This document shows, one piece after another, positions 18,568 to 26,943 of a DNA stretch of 49,834 bases. The notes beneath the pieces were generated by a model. That model had not been told where the DNA came from. It ran no database searches and saw only the letters and a program-made list of their open reading frames with translations. Within the stretch, counting starts at the first letter, position 1; every line of letters starts with the position of its first letter. This DNA is from Vicinamibacterales bacterium (GTDB lineage: Bacteria > Acidobacteriota > Vicinamibacteria > Vicinamibacterales > 2-12-FULL-66-21): positions 1-49,834 of the forward strand of contig JBPYFA010000297.1 of assembly GCA_051986585.1 (NCBI GenBank), given 5' to 3'. The translations under genes and the position numbers were made by a program.

Positions 18568-18700
18568 ACGGAGGTGACGGAGAGCACGGGACAAGCTCTA
18601 ACACGGAGATGCGGAGACACGGAGGTCATTGGAAAAAGCAAACACTCCGTGCCTCCGTGTCTCCGTGTTGATCCTGTCCCGTGCCCTCCGTTACCTCCGT
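18568..18700. repeat. Long imperfect palindrome built from ACGGAG/CTCCGT motifs. Arms 18568-18625 and 18652-18700, with the loop around 18626-18651.
   Basis: The left arm ACGGAGGTGACGGAGAGCACGGGACAAG...AACACGGAG..AGACACGGAGG matches the reverse complement of the right arm CCTCCGTGTCTCCGTGTT..CTGTCCCGTGCCCTCCGTTACCTCCGT, apart from a few mismatches and a 6-nt bulge. Confidence 0.85.
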
Positions 18701-18713
18701 GCCCGCTCGCAAG

Positions 18714-19001
18714 CTACGCCGATGGCAGCGGGTCCTGATGCAGGACCAGCACTGCGAGCTGGACGCGATTCGGCACCCCGAACTTGCGATACACACGCGA
18801 GAGGTGATTCTTCACCGTCTGGAGCCGCAGCCCCAGACGATCGGCGATCTCCTGGTTGGAGCATCCATTGGCGAGCAGCGCCACAATCTGCTGCTCGCGG
18901 GGTGAGAAGCGCGAAGGACGCGCCGCCGCACCGTTCGAACCTTGCACTGCTTCGAGGGCTTGGGGCCTCGGAAGCTCACCGGCGAGTGTTGGAAGCATCA
19001 T
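18714..19001 (-). CDS. Stand-alone LuxR/GerE-type HTH protein (about 95 aa)
   Basis: REQQIVALLANGCSNQEIADRLGLRLQTVKNHLSRVYRKFGV. The internal ATG at 19001 is chosen; the upstream part of the tracked ORF overlaps the neighbouring gene. Confidence 0.8.
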   Translation of the reverse strand: MMLPTLAGELPRPQALEAVQGSNGAAARPSRFSPREQQIVALLANGCSNQEIADRLGLRLQTVKNHLSRVYRKFGVPNRVQLAVLVLHQDPLPSA

Positions 19002-19051
19002 GCCGGTAATAACGTGGCGGGGCAGCCAAACGTACAGGGCCGCCCCACCGG

Positions 19052-19312
19052 CTACGAAACGATGAAGCCCGTGCGAAGGGCGAGCAGGACCAGCTGCAGC
19101 CGAGTCGAAACCCCAAGCTTCGCGTAAAGTCCTGACAGCATGTTCTTTACGGTCTGAAGCTGGATGCCGAGCGTGGCGGCAATTTGCGCGTTCGAATGCC
19201 CCTGGACGAGCAACTGAACGACCTCGATCTCCCGGCTTGTCAAGTAGATACGCGGAATCGGCTCCACTGCAGCGGCGGAGCCGTTCGCTATGGTGTTGAA
19301 CTGTGTCTCCAT
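19052..19312 (-). CDS. Stand-alone LuxR/GerE-type HTH protein (86 aa), a paralogue of the downstream gene
   Basis: REIEVVQLLVQGHSNAQIAATLGIQLQTVKNMLSGLYAKLGV. Confidence 0.8.
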   Translation of the reverse strand: METQFNTIANGSAAAVEPIPRIYLTSREIEVVQLLVQGHSNAQIAATLGIQLQTVKNMLSGLYAKLGVSTRLQLVLLALRTGFIVS

Positions 19313-19374
19313 ACCTCTGATAACGAAGCACAGAGCAAAAGCGCACAGGGTTTAATCGCTGATTTGAGAGGTCT

Positions 19375-19530
19375 GTTCTTGGTTTTCCGTTTTGGGTTCT
19401 CGGTTTCCGTTTGTGGTTTGTGGTTTGTGGTTTGTGTTTTTGAGTTGTCCAACCCCGATGACAGTCAGCCCCGAACCGGAAAAAACCGAAAACTGAAAAC
19501 CCAAAACAGAAAACTGAAAACCGAAAACGG
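19375..19530. repeat. Low-complexity imperfect inverted repeat: G/T-rich left arm (including GTTTGTG x4 at 19409-19436) and A/C-rich right arm (GAAAAC/AACCCAAAAC)
   Basis: GTTTTGGGTT on the left pairs with AACCCAAAAC on the right, and GGTTTTC with GAAAACC. It uses the same vocabulary as 1-215. Confidence 0.8.
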
Positions 19531-19542
19531 GCGCCAACGCCC
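19529..19542 (-). terminator. Intrinsic-terminator-like hairpin GGGCG-TTGG-CGCCC followed (minus strand) by GTTTTCGGTTTTCAGTTTTC
   Basis: It starts directly after the stop codon (19543-19545) of the M20 peptidase gene. The U-rich tract is supplied by the repeat. Confidence 0.55.
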
Positions 19543-20916
19543 TCAATGACCGCCCTTACCTATCTCATCGTAAAGATAAGCCGACGCGATGATTCCCCCG
19601 TGGAAGTTGCCCAGATCGAGCTTTTCGTTCGGCGCGTGGGCGTTCTCGTCTGGCAAGCCGACCCCGAACAGGACCGACGGCAGTCCGAGGATTTCCTGGA
19701 AGGTGGCCACGACCGGAATCGACCCGCCTTCGCGGTTAAATACGGGCGTCTGCCCGAATCCCTTCTCGATCGCCCGTCCCGCGGCCTGAACGAACGGATT
19801 GTCGAATTCGGTCATCCACGGTTTGCCGCCGTGCATGCGAGTGATCTTCACCTCAACGGTCTTGGGCGCAACTTTCCGGACGTAGTCTTCAAAGAGCTTT
19901 GCGATCTTGTCCGGATCTTGATTCGGCACGAGCCGCATGCTGACCTTTGCCATCGCGACGGCGGGGATCACCGTCTTGGCGCCTTCGCCGGTGAAACCAC
20001 CCAGCATTCCGTTCACCTCGAACGTCGGGCGCGCCCACACTCGCTCGAGCGTCGAATAGCCACTTTCTCCGAAGAGCTTCGGCGCCCCCAACTCTTTCGC
20101 ATAGCGCTTTTCGTTGAACGGCAGCCGTTTCCACTGGCCGCGCTCCTCCTCGGTCAGGTCGCGCACATCGTCGTAGAAGCCAGGGATCTTGATGCGGCCG
20201 CCGCGATCCTTCATTTGCGCCAGGATCTGTGCGAGCACCATGTTCGGGTTCGCCACCGCGCCACCGAATGAGCCTGAATGGAGGTCGCTCTTCGTTCCTC
20301 GCAGATCGATCTGGAAGTAGACGAGACCACGAAGCCCGTAGCAGATGGATGGAATTCCGCGATCGAACATCGGCGAATCGGAGATCACGACCACGTCGGC
20401 CGACAGTTCGTCCTTGTGCGACTTGACGAAGTTGTCGAGGTTTGCCGATCCAACCTCCTCTTCTCCTTCGAGAATGATCTTCATGTTGACCGGCAGGCGG
20501 CCGTTCTGTTTGAGGTGCGCTTCGATCGCCTTGAAGTGCATGAACACCTGTCCCTTGTCGTCGGCCGCTCCCCGGGCGTATATCTCGCCGTCGCGGACGG
20601 TGGCCTCGAACGGCGGCGATTCCCACAGGTTCAACGGATCGACCGGCTGCACGTCGTAGTGGCCGTAGAACAGGATCGTTGGCGCGCCCTCTGCGCCGAG
20701 CCAGTCACCGTAGACAACGGGAAAGCCCGGCGTATCGATCAACTTCACGTTCTGCAGACCAATCCGCCGCATTTCGTCGGCGGTCCACTCGGCACAACGC
20801 TTCACGTCGTCGGCATGTTGCGGCAGGGCGCTGATGCTTGGAATCGCGAGATAGGTTTTCAGTTCGTCGACGTAGCGATCGCGATTGGTGTTGATGAAAT
20901 CAATGACGTTATTCAT
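19543..20916 (-). CDS. M20-family metallopeptidase (dipeptidase, ArgE/DapE/ACY1/CPG2 superfamily)
   Basis: LFYGHYDVQP, GAADDKG, EGEEEVGS. The start at ATG 20916 (MNNVIDFINTNRDRY) is preferred; the tracked N-terminal extension overlaps the upstream gene. Confidence 0.9.
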   Translation of the reverse strand: MNNVIDFINTNRDRYVDELKTYLAIPSISALPQHADDVKRCAEWTADEMRRIGLQNVKLIDTPGFPVVYGDWLGAEGAPTILFYGHYDVQPVDPLNLWESPPFEATVRDGEIYARGAADDKGQVFMHFKAIEAHLKQNGRLPVNMKIILEGEEEVGSANLDNFVKSHKDELSADVVVISDSPMFDRGIPSICYGLRGLVYFQIDLRGTKSDLHSGSFGGAVANPNMVLAQILAQMKDRGGRIKIPGFYDDVRDLTEEERGQWKRLPFNEKRYAKELGAPKLFGESGYSTLERVWARPTFEVNGMLGGFTGEGAKTVIPAVAMAKVSMRLVPNQDPDKIAKLFEDYVRKVAPKTVEVKITRMHGGKPWMTEFDNPFVQAAGRAIEKGFGQTPVFNREGGSIPVVATFQEILGLPSVLFGVGLPDENAHAPNEKLDLGNFHGGIIASAYLYDEIGKGGH

Positions 20917-20945
20917 GACCGTCTCGGCAAGAAATCGCTCACACG

Positions 20946-21782
20946 TTACGCACCGGAGGGATGCTCGATCGGAAGATCCTCGCGATCCCCCCATTCCTTC
21001 CACGATCCGATGTACATGCGGACGCGCGGATAGCCCAGCAATCGCAGCGCAAGGTACGAGTTGGCGGCACGATAACCGCCTTGGCAATAGGTGATCACCT
21101 CGCGGTCCGGAGTCACGCCGGCATCGGTGTACATCTTCTTCAGTTCGTCGGCACTCTTGAATTCACCGGACTCCGACAGATTGCGCGTCCACTCGATGTG
21201 AACCGCGCCTGGCACGGCGCCGCCGCGGCGCGCCCTGACCAGTGTTCCCTCGTGCTCGGCATCGCTGCGCGTGTCGACGATGACCGAATCATCACGGCCG
21301 ATTGCGTTCTTGACCTCCTTCCACGTCGCCAGCGTGCGCTCGTCACGGCGTCCGGTCCATTCGCTCTTCGGCGGCGGCGCGGCCTCGCGGGTCACGGGCA
21401 GACCGGCGGCGATCCACGCCGTGAATCCACCATCGAGCACTCGGACGGATGGATGGCCAAAGTACTCCAGGAACCAGAATGCGCGGGCCGCGCGAACGCC
21501 AGATTGTTCATCGTAGACAACGACCGGAGTAGTGGCGTCGACACCATGAACCGCGAGCACATGTTCGATCATCCACATGAACGCCTTCAGGGGAGCGGGA
21601 TCGGTGTCGACGAGGCTCACGCCCCACAAGTCGAGATGGATCGCGGTCGGAATGTGGCCAGCGGCGTACGCTTCAGGCGGACGGAGGTCGAGGAGCAGCG
21701 GCTTCGGCGCGGCGTCGGCATCGAGAAGCGCCGCCAGATCTCGCGGGCTCAGCACCAGATCCGAATTCACGTAGCCTTTCAT
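20946..21782 (-). CDS. Two-domain rhodanese sulfurtransferase (thiosulfate/3-mercaptopyruvate type)
   Basis: Tandem rhodanese domains with an active-site loop YCQGGYRAA in the C-terminal domain. Confidence 0.85.
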   Translation of the reverse strand: MKGYVNSDLVLSPRDLAALLDADAAPKPLLLDLRPPEAYAAGHIPTAIHLDLWGVSLVDTDPAPLKAFMWMIEHVLAVHGVDATTPVVVYDEQSGVRAARAFWFLEYFGHPSVRVLDGGFTAWIAAGLPVTREAAPPPKSEWTGRRDERTLATWKEVKNAIGRDDSVIVDTRSDAEHEGTLVRARRGGAVPGAVHIEWTRNLSESGEFKSADELKKMYTDAGVTPDREVITYCQGGYRAANSYLALRLLGYPRVRMYIGSWKEWGDREDLPIEHPSGA

Positions 21783-21877
21783 AACCGCTCATCGTAACAA
21801 GGTAACCAGGAAAAGGAAAAGCGCCTGCGCCCCTCATTCCTTTGACATTGTTATCTTTGTATCGCAAAGTATAAGTC

Positions 21878-22531
21878 ATGGATCTCTCGCGCGCGCTCGG
21901 GCAGCTGGCGGACATCCATCAGCAGCTCGCGAAAGGTGAGGTCTATCGCGGATACCGATCGGTCCCGGTCGCCGCATCGGGGCTGATCGGAATCATCGCA
22001 GCCTGGGCGCAGGCCCCGGGGCTCGCGGCCGCCGATCCGCCGGGGTTCGTCCTGTATTGGACCGGGATCGCGACCTGCGCGGCGCTGGTGGGCGTGAGCG
22101 AGATCATTTACAACTACGTTCGCGACGGACACAGCGAGCGCAGGCGCACCCGCCAAGTCGTTGGCCAGTTTCTGCCCAGCCTTGTTGCCGGGGCGGTGAT
22201 TTCGATTAGCTTCGTGCGCTTGAGTGTCGCGCTGGTGCCGCTTCTCCCCGGCTTGTGGGCGATCTGCTTCGGCATCGGCATCCTGGCGTCGCGGCCGTAC
22301 CTTCCGCGCGCGAGCGGATGGGTGGCCATGTTCTATTACGTGGCCGGGATCGGACTGTTGGCGCGCGGCGCTGAACCGCCGCACGCGTGGTGGGTCGGCG
22401 GAACGTTTGGCATCGGACAGCTGCTGGCCGCGTTCGTGCTGTTCTGGAACCTGGAACGGCGCGGCGCCGACAGCGGTGATACAGCGACGCGATTCGAGGA
22501 CATCGATGAGTGGGAAGAAGAAGGTCGATAA
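21878..22531 (+). CDS. Hypothetical integral membrane protein
   Basis: Several hydrophobic helices (GLIGIIAAW, LVGVSEIIYNY, LLPGLWAICFGIGILA, FVLFWNL). Overlaps the downstream regulator gene. Confidence 0.65.
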   Translation: MDLSRALGQLADIHQQLAKGEVYRGYRSVPVAASGLIGIIAAWAQAPGLAAADPPGFVLYWTGIATCAALVGVSEIIYNYVRDGHSERRRTRQVVGQFLPSLVAGAVISISFVRLSVALVPLLPGLWAICFGIGILASRPYLPRASGWVAMFYYVAGIGLLARGAEPPHAWWVGGTFGIGQLLAAFVLFWNLERRGADSGDTATRFEDIDEWEEEGR

Positions 22532-22907
22532 AGGCGGCGATCAGGGGCGATTTGCGTACGACGGCCTCGAGCGCGTGCTGCACGAAAAGGCGCGCCTCGG
22601 GATCATGACGTCGCTCGTCACCCGACCCGAGGGGCTGCTGTTCTCGGAGTTGAAGCGGCTCTGCGCGCTGACCGACGGGAATCTGAGCCGTCACCTCGAT
22701 GTGCTGCGCGAAGCCGGGCTGGTTGAAGTCTGGAAGGGCTTCGAGAATCGACGTCCTCAGACGTTGTGCCGCTTGAGCGCCGACGGACGTGAGCGATTTC
22801 TCGCCTACCTCGAACAGCTCGAACAGGTGATCCGCGATGCGATGCCGAAGGCCGCGAAACGCGCTCAGCGCCTTCCCGATCTTCCCAAAGGCTTCGTTCC
22901 GGCATGA
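22506..22907 (+). CDS. Winged-helix transcriptional regulator (MarR/ArsR-like small wHTH)
   Basis: LHEKARLGIMTSLVTRPEGLLFSELKRLCALTDGNLSRHLDVLREAGLVEV. ATG at 22506. Confidence 0.75.
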   Translation: MSGKKKVDKGGDQGRFAYDGLERVLHEKARLGIMTSLVTRPEGLLFSELKRLCALTDGNLSRHLDVLREAGLVEVWKGFENRRPQTLCRLSADGRERFLAYLEQLEQVIRDAMPKAAKRAQRLPDLPKGFVPA

Positions 22908-22926
22908 TCTCGACGTAAGCGAAGCT

Positions 22927-23670
22927 CTAGCTCAGACGCCATCCATCATCCGAAACATAGGCTCGTTGCTCATCGTGCAGCTTGACGAGGTGAGCGAGAA
23001 CGCTGTCGGCAGCGGCAGTCAACAGCATCGGACTCAACGGTCCATAGATTCGCGACACAATCTGCTCGGGGGTCATCAGGCCATCGCGTAGCGCCGCGAC
23101 GATCTCGGCCTCGCGTTGTGCGCGGTGCTCGATGTATTGGCCGATCGCCGCGATGGGATCTTCGATGATCGGACCATGACCCGGAAGCAGGCGCGCCGGC
23201 CGTAAGTTGCGCACCTTCTCGAGCGAATCGAGGTAGTGCCTCAGGTTGCCGCCTTTGCTCGCCGGGATCACAATCGATCCTCCCGTCCGCACCAGGTCGC
23301 CGCAGTACACATCGCGGCTGGCTTCATCAAGGAAACACAGGTGATCGGGAGCGTGCCCTGGCGTCGGAATGATCCGCACCCTGGTGTCGCCACACTCGAC
23401 GATGTCGGTGGTGTGGCCGAATCGGATCACTTCCGTTGATGGCCATCGTCGAAGGACGGCTTCGAGCCCGCCGACGTGATCGGGATGGCCGTGCGTGATC
23501 AGGACGCGCGCAAGTGGTCGGCCTTGGAGTGCCGACTCAACGTTATCGAGATGCCTCGGGTCGCCGACCCCGGCATCGACAAGGGCCGGCAATCGCCCGG
23601 TCATGAGAAACGTATTCGTCCCTGTCGGACCTGTCCAAGCTGACGCGTTGTTCGCGGGAAGTAGAATCAT
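22927..23670 (-). CDS. MBL-fold metallo-hydrolase
   Basis: HxHxDH motif ITHGHPDHVGG. Start at ATG 23670 (MILLPANNASAW). Confidence 0.85.
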   Translation of the reverse strand: MILLPANNASAWTGPTGTNTFLMTGRLPALVDAGVGDPRHLDNVESALQGRPLARVLITHGHPDHVGGLEAVLRRWPSTEVIRFGHTTDIVECGDTRVRIIPTPGHAPDHLCFLDEASRDVYCGDLVRTGGSIVIPASKGGNLRHYLDSLEKVRNLRPARLLPGHGPIIEDPIAAIGQYIEHRAQREAEIVAALRDGLMTPEQIVSRIYGPLSPMLLTAAADSVLAHLVKLHDEQRAYVSDDGWRLS

Positions 23671-23711
23671 CGACGCTCGAAAATAGTATGATCTCGGCGT
23701 AGGCTGAATCC

Positions 23712-23918
23712 ATGGTCCTGATCTTCGGCAAGGATGGCTGCCCGTACACGCAAAACGCCCGCGATCACTACGCGCAGGCAAAGGTCCCCTTTCAATACCT
23801 GAACGTGAAGAAGAACGCAGCGGATCTCGAGCGGATGCTCGGGTATTCGAAGGGGGCGCGCCGAGTGCCGGTGATCGTCGATGGCGAGAGCGTCACGATC
23901 GGATTTGGCGGCACTTGA
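23712..23918 (+). CDS. Small glutaredoxin-like protein with a single-Cys CPYT motif
   Basis: MVLIFGKDGCPYTQNARDHY...RRVPVIVDGESVTIGFGG. 68 aa. Confidence 0.75.
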   Translation: MVLIFGKDGCPYTQNARDHYAQAKVPFQYLNVKKNAADLERMLGYSKGARRVPVIVDGESVTIGFGGT

Positions 23919-23951
23919 GGCGTGTGACGTCGCGGTCGCGACGACCCGCTG

Positions 23952-23957
23952 TACAAT
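23952..23957 (+). promoter_or_regulatory. Candidate -10 box TACAAT exactly 6 nt upstream of GTG 23964
   Basis: The sequence reads TGTACAATCCGCGAGTG, and no SD is possible. Confidence 0.4.
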
Positions 23958-23963
23958 CCGCGA

Positions 23964-25565
23964 GTGCCCGAAGAGTTCACCGCTGACGAGCGCGCGCGGC
24001 TCGCTCCTTACTTCACCAATCTCGACAGCCACGTCTTCGCGCTGATCAATCTGCCGGAGACGGTCAAGGGCGCGCTGTTTGCGCGTTACTCGCGATCGGC
24101 CAAGAGCCTCCGTCGTCTGTTTCTCGACGAGTTCGCGGAGAAGGTTTCCGCTGCCCCCAACCCGAGCGAAGGATCAGCCGGCGCGGCTGGCCTCGAGCGC
24201 GCTGAGCGGCTTTACGCGCGTGTGTTCAACGAGTATGGCGACGATTCGGTCGCGCAGCTTGGCGGAGCGCATATCGCCTGCGAGTACGTGTCGAATGTCC
24301 TGACCAAGGTGCTGGAATGGGGACGTCTGATGGCGTACCTGGAGCAGTCCACCCGGTACGTTCCGTACACGGACAAGCTCGACGATCGCTGGCGCTATCA
24401 CGTTCCCGACGAGATCCCGCCTGGCCGGCTGCGTGAGAAATACGTCGCGACCATGGACGCGGCTTTCGCCGCCTACGCGAAATGGATCGCGCCGATGCAA
24501 GCTCACTTCGCGACGCGCTATCCAAAATCGCCTGCCGATTCCGATGCGGTCCATCGTGCTGCGATCCGCGCAAAGGCGCTCGATACGCTTCGCGGCTTGC
24601 TTCCGGCGGCAACGCAGTCCAACGTCGGCATCTTCGGGACCGGTCAGGCATTCGAAGGGCTGCTGCTGCGCATGCGGGCCAACCCATTGAGCGAAGTACG
24701 GACCTGCGCGGACCAGATGCTGACGGAACTGCGGAAAGTGATCCCGGCCTTTCTCACCCGCGTTGATCAGCCTGAACGCGGCGGACGATGGAGCGAGTAC
24801 TTCGCCGGCATTCGCGGAGAGCTCGAGGACATCGCGGCGGACTTGTCGGCGGTCGAGCCAGAGCCGCGCAACGAGGTCACGCTGACGGATTTCGATCCCG
24901 ACGGGGAAACCAAGGTCGTCGCCGCTGCGCTCTACTCAGTCTCGGATTTGCCGGACGATCAGCTGCTCGACATCGCCCGCCGCCTCTCGGCCGACGAGCG
25001 CCTCTCGATTCTTCGCACCTACGTCGGGAGCCGCACGAACCGCCGGCATCGCCCCGGCCGCGCCTTCGAGCGCACCAGTTATCGGTTCGACGTGCTGACC
25101 GATTACGGCGCGTTCCGCGATCTGCAGCGACATCGTCTGCTGACACTGGAGTGGCAGCCGCTGACACCGCGCCACGGCTTCGTGCAGCCTGAGGCGATCA
25201 TTGAGACCGGAGCGGGAGATGACTGGCACGAAGTCATGGAGCGCTCCGCGACTCTGCACGAAGCGTTGACCGCATCGGGACTCCAAGCGGTCGCGCCCTA
25301 TGCCGTGTCGATGGCCTATCGCGTCCGGTTCTACATGGACATGAACGCGCGCGAAGCGATGCACGTCATCGAGCTTCGCTCGGCACCGCAGGGCCATCCC
25401 GCCTATCGCCGCGTCTGCCAGCGCATGCACACATTGATCGCCGAACGCGCCGGCCACCGCGCGCTCGCTGCGGCGATGCAATTCGCCGATCACTCCGAGG
25501 TCGAACTCGAGCGACTCAGTGCCGAACGCGCGCTGGAGCGAAGACGGTCAATCCCTAATCCCTAA
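23964..25565 (+). CDS. thyX: FAD-dependent thymidylate synthase, long double-ThyX-domain form
   Basis: 533 aa. ThyX signatures FARYSRS, QRHRLLT and ELRSAPQGHPAYRRV. The last codons (SIPNP*) are encoded by the flanking repeat. Confidence 0.85.
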   Translation: MPEEFTADERARLAPYFTNLDSHVFALINLPETVKGALFARYSRSAKSLRRLFLDEFAEKVSAAPNPSEGSAGAAGLERAERLYARVFNEYGDDSVAQLGGAHIACEYVSNVLTKVLEWGRLMAYLEQSTRYVPYTDKLDDRWRYHVPDEIPPGRLREKYVATMDAAFAAYAKWIAPMQAHFATRYPKSPADSDAVHRAAIRAKALDTLRGLLPAATQSNVGIFGTGQAFEGLLLRMRANPLSEVRTCADQMLTELRKVIPAFLTRVDQPERGGRWSEYFAGIRGELEDIAADLSAVEPEPRNEVTLTDFDPDGETKVVAAALYSVSDLPDDQLLDIARRLSADERLSILRTYVGSRTNRRHRPGRAFERTSYRFDVLTDYGAFRDLQRHRLLTLEWQPLTPRHGFVQPEAIIETGAGDDWHEVMERSATLHEALTASGLQAVAPYAVSMAYRVRFYMDMNAREAMHVIELRSAPQGHPAYRRVCQRMHTLIAERAGHRALAAAMQFADHSEVELERLSAERALERRRSIPNP

Positions 25566-25726
25566 TCGCTTATCCCGAATCGCTAATCCCGAATCGCTAA
25601 TCGTTGAATCCTTGAATCGTCGAATCGCTGAATCCTCCAATCGCTGATCCTTGAATCGTCGAATCGCTGATCCTTGAATCGTCGAATCGCTGAACCCTCG
25701 AATCGGTGAATCCTCGAATCCCCGAG
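25548..25726. repeat. Left arm of the inverted repeat flanking the four-helix-bundle ORF. It uses the GAATC/TAATC vocabulary and contains an exact 23-nt tandem GATCCTTGAATCGTCGAATCGCT at 25646-25668 and 25669-25691.
   Basis: 25577-25603 is the reverse complement of 26266-26292 at 23 of 27 positions. Confidence 0.85.
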
Positions 25727-25762
25727 CGCCTTTCGGCATGAGTCGTGCCTCGAACGGTGGCC

Positions 25763-26158
25763 ATGGCACGCAAACTCGAGGAATTGCCCATCTACTCGAA
25801 GGCTGTCGCGTTCTGGACTGCAGTTAATGCAACACTCGACAATCCCCGCCTTCGCAAAGATCGCCGCCTGCACGAGCAGATTTCGGACGCGAACAACTCG
25901 ATCACTGCCAACATGGTCGAAGGTTTCGAGCAGGGCTCTGACCGGGCATTCGCCAATTTCTTGACCCACTCGAAGGGCTCGCTGGCAGAAGTCATTGCAC
26001 GTCTGAAGCAGGCCTACTTCAACAAATGCATCTCCGACGAAGAGCTGAAACGCCTCGTGGAACCCGGAAACGAACTCGGCAAGATGCTGGGAGGCTTTAT
26101 CAAGTACTTGCGCCGCTCGGACTGGAATGACCGAGGCCACCACCGCAAGGAGGACTGA
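25763..26158 (+). CDS. Four-helix-bundle protein (23S rRNA intervening-sequence protein / S23p family, TIGR02436-like). GTG 25745 is an alternative start.
   Basis: LPIYSKAVAFWTAV...LHEQISDANNSITANMVEGFEQGSDRAFANFLTHSKGSLAEVIARLKQAY matches the family pattern as I remember it. Confidence 0.8.
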   Translation: MARKLEELPIYSKAVAFWTAVNATLDNPRLRKDRRLHEQISDANNSITANMVEGFEQGSDRAFANFLTHSKGSLAEVIARLKQAYFNKCISDEELKRLVEPGNELGKMLGGFIKYLRRSDWNDRGHHRKED

Positions 26159-26292
26159 TTCAGGGATCCGGGATTCAGGGGAGAGATTCAGGGATTCAGG
26201 GATTCGAGGATTAGGGATTCGAGGATTAAGGATTCAGGATTAAGGATTCGAGGATTAAGGATTCGCGATTAGCGATGAGCGATTAGCGATTC
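26155..26292. repeat. Right arm of the inverted repeat flanking the four-helix-bundle ORF (GATTC/GATTA vocabulary)
   Basis: It starts on the ORF stop codon (26156-26158) and ends on the def stop codon (26291-26293). It is complementary to the left arm. Confidence 0.85.
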
Positions 26293-26857
26293 ATTCCGCT
26301 TTCACGCCGCGTCCGCTCCAGTAGCGGCCGAACTCGTCGAGAAAGGTGAGCGACTGGAAGTTCTTCATCCGATCGAAGAACAGGACGCCGTCGAGATGAT
26401 CGGTCTCGTGCTGGATGACGCGTGCGGTGAAACCGGATGCGGGCATCTCGATCTTCTTGCCGGTGCGATCGAACGCACGCACGACGATGTGGCGCGCGCG
26501 CGGAACGCGGCCGCGAATGTCGGGAATGCTCAGGCATCCTTCCCAGTCCTCGACGACGTCGCGCGACGACATTTCTATTTCCGGGTTAATCAGCGTGATC
26601 AGCGGCACTTCATCGCCGTCTTCCCGCTCGTCATCATCGGGCGCGTCCTGGCGCGGCGGAAAACCCGCGACGAAGATCCGCAGTCCTTCGTGCACCTGAG
26701 GCGCCGCAAGTCCGACACCCTGGTATTCCCTCATCGTCTCGAACATGTCGTCGATGAGCTGCTGAACCTTCGGCGTCCGGATTTCTGAGGGATGCAGCGG
26801 ACGCGCCTTCGCGCGCAGAACCGGATGCCCCATGCGCGCGATCTTCAAAATCGACAT
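26291..26857 (-). CDS. def: Peptide deformylase
   Basis: GVGLAAPQ, EGCLSIP, HETDHLDG. Start at ATG 26857 (MSILKIARMGHPVLR). Confidence 0.95.
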   Translation of the reverse strand: MSILKIARMGHPVLRAKARPLHPSEIRTPKVQQLIDDMFETMREYQGVGLAAPQVHEGLRIFVAGFPPRQDAPDDDEREDGDEVPLITLINPEIEMSSRDVVEDWEGCLSIPDIRGRVPRARHIVVRAFDRTGKKIEMPASGFTARVIQHETDHLDGVLFFDRMKNFQSLTFLDEFGRYWSGRGVKAE

Positions 26858-26863
26858 AAGCAA

Positions 26864-26869
26864 ATTATA
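26864..26869 (-). promoter_or_regulatory. Consensus -10 box TATAAT exactly 6 nt upstream of the def ATG (leaderless geometry)
   Basis: The minus strand reads GCATATAATTTGCTTATG. Confidence 0.5.
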
Positions 26870-26943
26870 TGCGGCCAGCACCAGGTCGCGGATCGACTGG
26901 CCACGCAGGAATTGGAGACTCGCCCTGAGAAATCGAGTACAAA

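Noticed and set aside
21842-21875. TTGACA (21842-21847) plus TATAAG (21870-21875) as the promoter of the membrane-protein gene
   Set aside because: The spacer is 22 nt, too long for sigma-70, and the -10-like box is only 2 nt from the ATG. A small CTTTG-n5-CAAAG inverted repeat lies between them, but it is too short to call an operator.
25551-25567. Telomere-like CCCTAAT CCCTAAT (complement ATTAGGG)
   Set aside because: There are only two copies, embedded in the GAATC/TAATC vocabulary in the interior of a gene-dense window, and nothing suggests a replicon end.
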